Position numbers and translations under genes: made by a program
In this document: positions 58,065 to 64,000 of the stretch, in pieces
Position numbering within the stretch: the first letter of the stretch is position 1
How the letters are laid out: the number at the start of each line of letters is the position of its first letter
Origin: Actinomycetales bacterium
GTDB taxonomy: Bacteria; Actinomycetota; Actinomycetes; S36-B12
Direction of reading: 5' to 3'
DNA: 64,000 bases
NCBI GenBank assembly: GCA_018970025.1
Contig: JAGWXF010000010.1
Coordinates: forward strand, 12,133 to 76,132
The notes under the pieces: model-generated
Told to the model about the DNA's origin: nothing
Databases searched by the model: none
What the model saw: the letters and a program-made list of their open reading frames with translations, nothing else

Positions 58065-60280
58065 GACTTCTCCACGAACCCCGCGCTATCGGCGAGCGCA
58101 TCGATCGCCCGGCGCAGTGCCGGGTGCCGCTCCAGGCCAGGATCCTCGGCGAGGACGGCGCTGGCCGCGGCCCTGGCACGGATGATGAGCTCCTCGTCGC
58201 GCACGGCCTCAATCCAGCGCAGCGAGCTGCGGATCCCCGACTGGGCCGCACCCAGGACATCCCCCTCCCGCCTGGCCTGCAGGTCCAGGCGGGCCAGCTC
58301 GAAGCCGTCCGTGGTGGAGGCCACCGCCTCCAGCCGCTCCCGGCCGCCGCTGCCCGGCTCGGCATCGGTCAGCAGCAGGCACAGGCCAGGCAGGTCGCCT
58401 CGGCCGATCCGTCCGCGCAGCTGATGCAGCTGGGAGATACCGAAGCGATCGGCATCCAGGACCACCATGATCGTCGCCGATGGCACGTCGACGCCGACCT
58501 CGATGACGGTGGTCGAGACCAGCACCTCGATGGGATCGGGCGCATCGGGATCGGCGAACCGGCGCATGATGGCGTCCTTCTCATCCGCGGTCAGCCGGCC
58601 GTGCATCACCCCGATGCGCACGCCGGCCAGGTCGGTCGCCCGCAGTCGCTCAGCCGTGGCAATCACCGATGCGCTGCCAGGGTCGTCCCCATCCTGGCCC
58701 TGCGGGTCGTCCCCGATCCGAGGGCACACGACGTAGGCGCGGTTGCCCGCCGACACCTCCTCGCGAACCCGCTGCCAGGCTCGCTGGACGTGGGAGGGGC
58801 GCTCGGGGACGGGCACCACGTGCGTGCGGATCTCGGCCCTGCCCTGCGGCAGCTCGTCCAGGGTGGAGACCTCCAGATCGCCGAAGACCGTCATCGCAAC
58901 AGTCCGCGGGATCGGCGTCGCGGTCATCACCAGCACATGGGGCCTGGTGCCGTCCGGGGCCTTGGCCGCCAGGAGGGAGCGCTGCTCGACCCCGAACCGA
59001 TGCTGCTCGTCGATCACGACCAGGCCGAGCTCGCCGAAGACCACAGTGTCCTGCAGCATTGCGTGCGTGCCGACGACGATGCCCGCGTCCCCGGTGAAGA
59101 CCTCGATGAGCTCACGGCGTCGCCGGGCCACGGTCTGGGAGCCGGTCAGCAGCGCGACCCTGGTGCCGATCTCGCTCCCGCCGAGGTAGCCGCGATGCGC
59201 CAGCGGGCCTAGCAGCTGGACGATCGACCGGTAGTGCTGGGCGGCCAGCACCTCGGTCGGCGCCAGCAGTGCCGCCTGGGCGCCTGCATCGACCACGCTC
59301 AGCATGGCGCGCAGGGCCACGATGGTCTTCCCGCTGCCGACATCACCCTGCAGCAGCCGATGCATCGGCTGCGACGACGACAGGTCGGCGGCGATCTCCT
59401 GGCCCACCCGGACCTGCCCCGCCGTCAGGCGGTACGGAAGCCGCTCGTCAAATGCGCGCTGCAGCTGCCCATCTGCCACGGCACGCGCGCGGGCGGGCAG
59501 CTGCGAGGCTCGCTGGCGACGCCGGGCCAGCTCGGCCTGCAGCACGAACGCCTCCTCGTAGGCCAGCCGCTCCCGGGCACGATCGATGTCGACCTGGTCG
59601 ATCGGCCGGTGGACGGCAATGAGCGCCTGGTGCAGGTCCAGCAGGCCCAGGTCGGACCGCACCTGGGCTGGCAGCGGGTCAGGAACCGGACCCATCGCGT
59701 CGAGCATCGTGATCGCGGTATCGATCGACTTGGCCAGCTGCAGGGAGGTGATCCGCTCCGTCCCCGGATAGACGGCAATGAGCCGGCCTGCGTAGGACTC
59801 GGCGGCCTCTGGATCCTCCGGGATGCCGTCCGGGAGCAGCTGCACCTCGGGGTGCGCCAGCTGCCGGCTGCGGCCGTACGTCGTCACCTGGCCGGAGAAC
59901 AGCCCCCGCCGCCCGGCCCGCAGCTCCTGGGCCCGCCAGTCCTGGTTCCGGCCGAACCAGGTCAGGGTCAGCTCGCCGGTGCCGTCGGTCACGATCGCCT
60001 GCAGGATGGTGCCACGGCGCTGCTTCATCGGCCGGATCGTGACCTGCCTGACCTCGGCCAGGATCGTGACGACCTCGCCCTCGACCAGCGATGCCAGGTC
60101 GGTCAGCTCCCCGCGCCGCTCGTAGCGACGGGGATAGTGCCGCAGCAGGTCGTTCAGGGTGACGTAGCCGAAAGCCTTCCGCAGCGCGGTGGCCGTACGA
60201 CCGGCCAGGACCCTCGCCAGCGGCTCGGCCAGCGGATCGGCCCCTGGACCATCCCGCGAGTCGTCCATCGCGTCATCCAT
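58061..60280 (-). CDS. recG: ATP-dependent DNA helicase RecG
   Basis: 739 aa. Wedge domain, helicase motifs GDVGSGKT and DEQHRFG, and a C-terminal TRG region. Confidence 0.95.
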   Translation of the reverse strand: MDDAMDDSRDGPGADPLAEPLARVLAGRTATALRKAFGYVTLNDLLRHYPRRYERRGELTDLASLVEGEVVTILAEVRQVTIRPMKQRRGTILQAIVTDGTGELTLTWFGRNQDWRAQELRAGRRGLFSGQVTTYGRSRQLAHPEVQLLPDGIPEDPEAAESYAGRLIAVYPGTERITSLQLAKSIDTAITMLDAMGPVPDPLPAQVRSDLGLLDLHQALIAVHRPIDQVDIDRARERLAYEEAFVLQAELARRRQRASQLPARARAVADGQLQRAFDERLPYRLTAGQVRVGQEIAADLSSSQPMHRLLQGDVGSGKTIVALRAMLSVVDAGAQAALLAPTEVLAAQHYRSIVQLLGPLAHRGYLGGSEIGTRVALLTGSQTVARRRRELIEVFTGDAGIVVGTHAMLQDTVVFGELGLVVIDEQHRFGVEQRSLLAAKAPDGTRPHVLVMTATPIPRTVAMTVFGDLEVSTLDELPQGRAEIRTHVVPVPERPSHVQRAWQRVREEVSAGNRAYVVCPRIGDDPQGQDGDDPGSASVIATAERLRATDLAGVRIGVMHGRLTADEKDAIMRRFADPDAPDPIEVLVSTTVIEVGVDVPSATIMVVLDADRFGISQLHQLRGRIGRGDLPGLCLLLTDAEPGSGGRERLEAVASTTDGFELARLDLQARREGDVLGAAQSGIRSSLRWIEAVRDEELIIRARAAASAVLAEDPGLERHPALRRAIDALADSAGFVEKS

Positions 60281-60305
60281 AGAGGTCGTCCATAGAGTCG
60301 TCCAT
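60257..60305 (-). repeat. four tandem ATGGAYGAC-NNN(N) units (12/13/12/12 nt) spanning the recG start
   Basis: On the coding strand: ATGGACGACTCT (60305-60294), ATGGACGACCTCT (60293-60281), ATGGATGACGCG (60280-69), ATGGACGACTCG (60268-57). Confidence 0.9.
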
Positions 60306-60319
60306 CGCGTCGTCTCGAC

Positions 60320-62059
60320 CTACTCCACGCCGATGATCAGCGGCCACAGCCGCTGGCCGCCGTCGAGCTCGGTGACCTCCACGAACGGATGCTCGCCCGC
60401 CAGCCACGCGGTGACACTGCGACGAAGGTCCAGGTCGGCCTCCGATCCGAAGACGCAGGTGACCAGCTCCCCGCCGACCGCCAGCATCCCGCCCAGGATC
60501 CGCAGGGACACGTCGACCAGTGACGGGCCAACCAGGGCGATGTCGCCATCGACGATGCCCAGCACATCGCCCGGCTCGCAGGGCCCGGCGGTGGTGCGGG
60601 CACGACGGGTGGCCATGGTGATCGCGGCATAGCGCGTTGCTCCGCAGGCCCTGGTCATGGCAGCGGCGTCCTCGTCGAAGGCCACGCCCACGTCGTGGAC
60701 GGCGATCGACGCCAGCGACTGCACGACCGCCCGGGTCGGTATGACGGCGACCCGGACGCCGGCCTCGAGGGCCGCTCGCGCGGCAACCTCCGCCACCGGC
60801 AGGGTGTCCGTGTCGCCGGGCAGTACCAGCACCTCCTCGACGCCGGTATCGGTGATCGCGTGGAGGATCTCAGCTGCTGACGGACGCCGCCCAGGGGCGG
60901 CCACCACGACGCGGACCCCGAGGCCATGCATCAGTGCCGTGATCCCCGGCCCGTGCGCGACCGCGACGACTGCCCGATCGGGCGACCGGAGCTCCGCCGA
61001 GGCCCGGACGCTCGGGGCTGCCGAGCGCGCCGTCGCCGTGAGCCCGGACACCCTGATGTCGTGCGCACGGCCGACCGCCATGCCGGCCTCGATGGCCGCT
61101 CCCGCGTCATCTGCGTGCACGTGCACGGACCACAGGCTGTCGTCGCCGGCGATGACCACGCTTTCCCCCAGGCCGTCCAGGCGAGCTCGCAGCGCGTCGA
61201 TGTCGGCGGCCGGCGCGTCGAGCAGGTACATGACCTCGAATGCTGGCCCGTGCCCTGCCTGGTCGAGGGCCACCGTCCCGGGGCATGCCCGCGACCTGAG
61301 CGCGGCACTCGCGCCAGCCGGCTGGGAGCCGGTCAGCCGCCTCCTGCCCTGGAGCAGGTCGAGGATGGCGTCCAGGATCACCACGAAGGCACGGCCGCCC
61401 GCGTCGACGACACCGGCCGAGCGCAGGGCCTCGAGTTGCTCCGGGGTCCGCTGCAGCGCCTGCCGAGCACTTCCGGCAGCCGCACCAAGGACGCCGACCA
61501 GCGAGCCTGGTGGCGCGGACCTCGCTGCAGCCGCGGCGGATCGCGCCACCGTGAGGATGGTTCCCTCGACAGGCCGGCTCACCGCCCGGTAGGCGCGATC
61601 GGCGGCCGCCGACAGGATCGAGACCGCATCCCCGGCCTCGAGCATCCGACCGCCGGGCAAGCGGGCGACCGCATCGCTGACCCCGCCGAGGTACTCCGCG
61701 AGGATGACCCCCGAGTTGCCCCGTGCCCCGAGCAGGGCACCCCGGGCCATCGCATGCACGGCAGCCGGCAGCGGGAGGCCATCGTCGAGTGCCTCGTCGA
61801 GCGCCATGCATGCTGACTGCGCCGTTAGGTAGACGTTCGTCCCGGTGTCGCCGTCGGGCACCGGGAAGACGTTGAGGGCATCGATCTCGGCGCGAGCCTC
61901 TCCGAGGGCAGCAAGCACGCCGTGCGCCCAGGCGCGCACACCCGGCGCCGCAGCCCCACCGAGCGGCTCACCCGGCGCCGCAGCCCCACCGAGCGGCTCA
62001 CCCGGCGCCGCAGCCCCACCGAGCGGCTCACCCGGCGCCGCACTGGCCATCAGCGGCAC
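60320..62059 (-). CDS. DAK2 domain-containing protein (YloV-like)
   Basis: [20 protein letters not shown]2 signature and a large C-terminal YloV-type domain. The N-terminus carries a decapeptide repeat, so the exact start is uncertain. Confidence 0.85.
   Translation of the reverse strand: MPLMASAAPGEPLGGAAAPGEPLGGAAAPGEPLGGAAAPGVRAWAHGVLAALGEARAEIDALNVFPVPDGDTGTNVYLTAQSACMALDEALDDGLPLPAAVHAMARGALLGARGNSGVILAEYLGGVSDAVARLPGGRMLEAGDAVSILSAAADRAYRAVSRPVEGTILTVARSAAAAARSAPPGSLVGVLGAAAGSARQALQRTPEQLEALRSAGVVDAGGRAFVVILDAILDLLQGRRRLTGSQPAGASAALRSRACPGTVALDQAGHGPAFEVMYLLDAPAADIDALRARLDGLGESVVIAGDDSLWSVHVHADDAGAAIEAGMAVGRAHDIRVSGLTATARSAAPSVRASAELRSPDRAVVAVAHGPGITALMHGLGVRVVVAAPGRRPSAAEILHAITDTGVEEVLVLPGDTDTLPVAEVAARAALEAGVRVAVIPTRAVVQSLASIAVHDVGVAFDEDAAAMTRACGATRYAAITMATRRARTTAGPCEPGDVLGIVDGDIALVGPSLVDVSLRILGGMLAVGGELVTCVFGSEADLDLRRSVTAWLAGEHPFVEVTELDGGQRLWPLIIGVE
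61939..62042. repeat. 30-bp tandem repeat, about 3.4 perfect units
   Basis: The unit cacccggcgccgcagccccaccgagcggct occurs at 61939-61968, 61969-61998 and 61999-62028, with a partial unit to about 62042. It encodes ([10 protein letters not shown])n on the minus strand. Confidence 0.95.
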
Positions 62060-62239
62060 CTCCGTTTCTCCGGCGCGGCCCTGATGTGGGGCCTTCTGCT
62101 TGACTGGGCTACCCTAGGCAGTCGCCGTGCGGTCGATACTCGTCACGCGCGGGCACAGCACGTAAGCACAATCGCACAAGAACATTCGCACATCCAGCCG
62201 CCGCGGCACCTGCCCGGCAACTCGACGAAGGAGCGCACC

Positions 62240-62428
62240 GTGGCTGCCACCTGCGACGTCTGCGGCAAGGGGCCCAGCTTCGGGCACAACATCTCCCACT
62301 CCCATCGCCGCACCAAGCGCCGCTGGAATCCCAATATCCAGCGCGTGCGGACCCTGGTGGGCAAGACCCCCAAGCGCCAGAACGTGTGCGCGTCCTGCCT
62401 GAAGGCCGGCAAGGTCACTCGCGGATAG
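62240..62428 (+). CDS. rpmB: 50S ribosomal protein L28
   Basis: These are the last 63 codons of ORF 61922..62428. GTG 62240 is preceded by [41 protein letters not shown] is canonical L28. Confidence 0.9.
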   Translation: MAATCDVCGKGPSFGHNISHSHRRTKRRWNPNIQRVRTLVGKTPKRQNVCASCLKAGKVTRG

Positions 62429-62450
62429 CGAGCGACCCGCCGGCATCAGG

Positions 62451-62996
62451 TCAGTGGGCTGGCTGGAGCTCGCGCCCGGCCTGGGCCTTCGACGCGCAGA
62501 CTTCGGCGATCACGGCGGTCCAGGTGCCAGACGGCGCATGGACGGTCACCGACGTCCCGACCTCGGCGCCGAGGATGGCAGCACCGAGCGGTGAGGCGAT
62601 GGAGATTCGCTCGTCGTCGAGGAACGCCTCGCTCGGGTGCACCGGACGAATCCACTCGCGGGCGCCGTCTGGGAGCTGCAGCAGGACGTGTGCCCCCAAG
62701 GTAACCCGGTCAGAGCGGTCGTCGGGGGACATCACGACAGCCTCGGCGAGCAGCGCCTCGAAGGCGTCGGCCTCGGCAAGCAGCGCCTCGAAGGCGGCCA
62801 CGTCGCGCTCGTCGCGATCCTGGTCGACCAGCAGGGGCCGTAGCTGCGGAAGCCTGCGCTCGCGAATGTCACAGATCCGCTCCTCGATGAGGCGGAAGCC
62901 ATCCGGCGTGAGCACCGTCTGGCGGGTCGGGTCGATCACGCGCTGACGGCTGAGCTTGCGTCGGGCTCCCCCGGTCGTGCCTTGCTTGCGTGCCAT
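62451..62996 (-). CDS. GreA/GreB-family C-terminal-domain protein (Rnk-like regulator)
   Basis: Trimmed to ATG 62996. C-terminal domain ISIASPLGAAILGAEVGTSVTVHAPSG matches the GreA/B FKBP-like fold signature. Confidence 0.75.
   Translation of the reverse strand: MARKQGTTGGARRKLSRQRVIDPTRQTVLTPDGFRLIEERICDIRERRLPQLRPLLVDQDRDERDVAAFEALLAEADAFEALLAEAVVMSPDDRSDRVTLGAHVLLQLPDGAREWIRPVHPSEAFLDDERISIASPLGAAILGAEVGTSVTVHAPSGTWTAVIAEVCASKAQAGRELQPAH
62741..62800. repeat. 30-bp tandem duplication inside the GreA-like gene
   Basis: cctcggcgagcagcgcctcgaaggcgtcgg (62741-62770) and cctcggcaagcagcgcctcgaaggcggcca (62771-62800). Encodes AFEALLAEAD-AFEALLAEA. Confidence 0.9.
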
Positions 62997-62997
62997 G

Positions 62998-64000
62998 TCA
63001 TTCCTCTCCTTCGTGGTGATCGCGTGCTTCATGGTCCTGTCGTGGTGGTTGGCCATCTCGTGGTGGTTGGCCTTCTCGTCGTGCGCTCGGCACGGCTGCC
63101 TGGAATGGGTGAGCGAGGTCCTCCTCGGACGGGCCGGGAACCTGTCGGCTCGACCGGGTCGAGATGAGCGAGGCGATGATCGATGCGGCGATCACTGCCA
63201 CGACGACCGACAGGCTCACCAGGGTCGGGATCTTGATCCACGCGTGGCTGACGATCATCTTGACTCCGACCCAGGCGAGCACGACCGACAGCCCCAGCTT
63301 CAGGTACACGAACCGGTGAATCAGGTCGGCGAGCAGGAAGTACATGGCGCGCAGGCCCAGGATCGCCAGGGCGTTGCTGGCAAAGACCAGGAACGGCTCT
63401 TGCGTTACCGCGAAGATCGCCGGGATGGAGTCGACCGCGAAGATGATGTCGGTGACCTCGATCAGGACGAGCACCGCGAGCAGCGGAGTCGCGATCAGGG
63501 CGGAGCTGCGCCGGGCCCAGAACTTCTGGCCGTCATAGGAGTCCGTCATCGGGACCAGCCGGCGGAAGACGGCGAGCGTTCGCGACTTCGAGGGGTCGAT
63601 GTGCTCATTGCGCTGCCGCATCATCTTGATGCCGGTGACGATGAGGAAGGCGCCGAAGACGTACAGGATCCAGGAGAAGCTGGCGATCAGCACCGAGCCG
63701 AGCGCGATGAAGATCGCCCGGAAGACCAGAGCGCCGACGACCCCGTAGAACAGCACGCGATGCTGGACCTGACGAGGTACCAGAAAGGCGCTGAAGATCA
63801 CCGCCCACACGAAGACGTTGTCGACCGCCAGCGATTTCTCGATGACGTACCCGGCGAAGTACTGCATGCCGAACTCGGCGCCGTAGGCCAGCCAGATGCC
63901 CACACCGACAGCGATCCCGATCGCGACCCACAGGCCCGACCAGAGGGCCGCCTCGCGCACCGAGATCTCATGCCCGTCACGATGCATGAACAGGTCGACC
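62998..64000 (-). CDS. terC: TerC family integral membrane protein (5' end beyond right edge)
   Basis: Multi-TM with YVIEKSLAVDNVFVWAVIF and IFAVDSIPAIFAVT motifs. The reading frame stays open to the window edge. Confidence 0.85.
   Translation of the reverse strand, partial: VDLFMHRDGHEISVREAALWSGLWVAIGIAVGVGIWLAYGAEFGMQYFAGYVIEKSLAVDNVFVWAVIFSAFLVPRQVQHRVLFYGVVGALVFRAIFIALGSVLIASFSWILYVFGAFLIVTGIKMMRQRNEHIDPSKSRTLAVFRRLVPMTDSYDGQKFWARRSSALIATPLLAVLVLIEVTDIIFAVDSIPAIFAVTQEPFLVFASNALAILGLRAMYFLLADLIHRFVYLKLGLSVVLAWVGVKMIVSHAWIKIPTLVSLSVVVAVIAASIIASLISTRSSRQVPGPSEEDLAHPFQAAVPSARREGQPPRDGQPPRQDHEARDHHEGEE
63040..63075. repeat. 18-bp tandem duplication in the terC 3' end
   Basis: tcgtggtggttggccatc (63040-63057) and tcgtggtggttggccttc (63058-63075). 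Encodes a duplicated ..GQPPR hexapeptide (EGQPPR-DGQPPR). Confidence 0.9.

Noticed and set aside
61922-62428. 168-aa ORF with the repeated peptide [10 protein letters not shown].
   Set aside because: Only the last 63 codons, from GTG 62240 with a good Shine-Dalgarno, are real (ribosomal protein L28). The upstream part is the antisense reading of the yloV 30-bp repeat plus the intergenic region.

Overview
GC-rich chromosomal DNA of the Actinomycetota type; I cannot determine the genus by eye. I call about 62 protein-coding genes, most on the minus strand. They are tightly packed, with many 1- or 4-nt start/stop overlaps (ATGA, GTGA, TGATG).

The left ~25 kb is accessory and catabolic:
- An amine-catabolism module: partial aldehyde dehydrogenase, Lrp regulator, class-III aminotransferase, PNPOx-like protein and FAD oxidoreductase.
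- A complete L-rhamnose uptake and catabolism locus: ABC transporter, mutarotase, isomerase, bifunctional aldolase/dehydrogenase, kinase and an FMN lactate-oxidising enzyme, with a divergent LacI regulator.
- A glutaryl-CoA-type module: CoA-transferase, GntR, glutaryl-CoA dehydrogenase and aldehyde dehydrogenase.
- A vapBC toxin-antitoxin pair, a short-chain acyl-CoA synthetase and a 2-TM K+ channel.

The right ~39 kb is the classic actinobacterial housekeeping block. Listed by increasing coordinate, it runs rlmN-cdsA-frr-pyrH-tsf-rpsB, M23 peptidase, xerC-dprA-comM-yraN-rnhB-lepB-lepB-rplS-trmD-rimM-KH-rpsP-ffh-glnD-glnK-amt, cytochrome b5 protein, ftsY-smc-mutM-rnc-plsX-rpmF-yceD-coiled-coil-coaD-rsmD-recG-yloV, rpmB, GreA-like, terC.

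I recognised no rRNA, tRNA, CRISPR array, transposase or prophage gene.

The ORF track prints M for GTG starts and reports maximal ORFs. Many entries therefore had to be trimmed, two short genes (rpmF and a partial ALDH) are missing from it, and the many long ORFs antisense to real genes are GC-driven shadow ORFs.

I did not find a convincing new multi-gene system. The most unusual signals are small-scale:
- In-frame tandem duplications inside or at the ends of genes, including three 30-bp ones. One amplifies a GTGA stop/start junction.
- A 12/13-nt ATGGAYGAC start-codon microsatellite at recG.
- An over-long trmD-rplS spacer with an ATGA-coupled 84-codon ORF.
- Palindromes flanking rpsB that share an 11-mer.
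- Candidate operators for the LacI, GntR and VapB regulators.
- An uncharacterised protein next to the rhamnose regulator.
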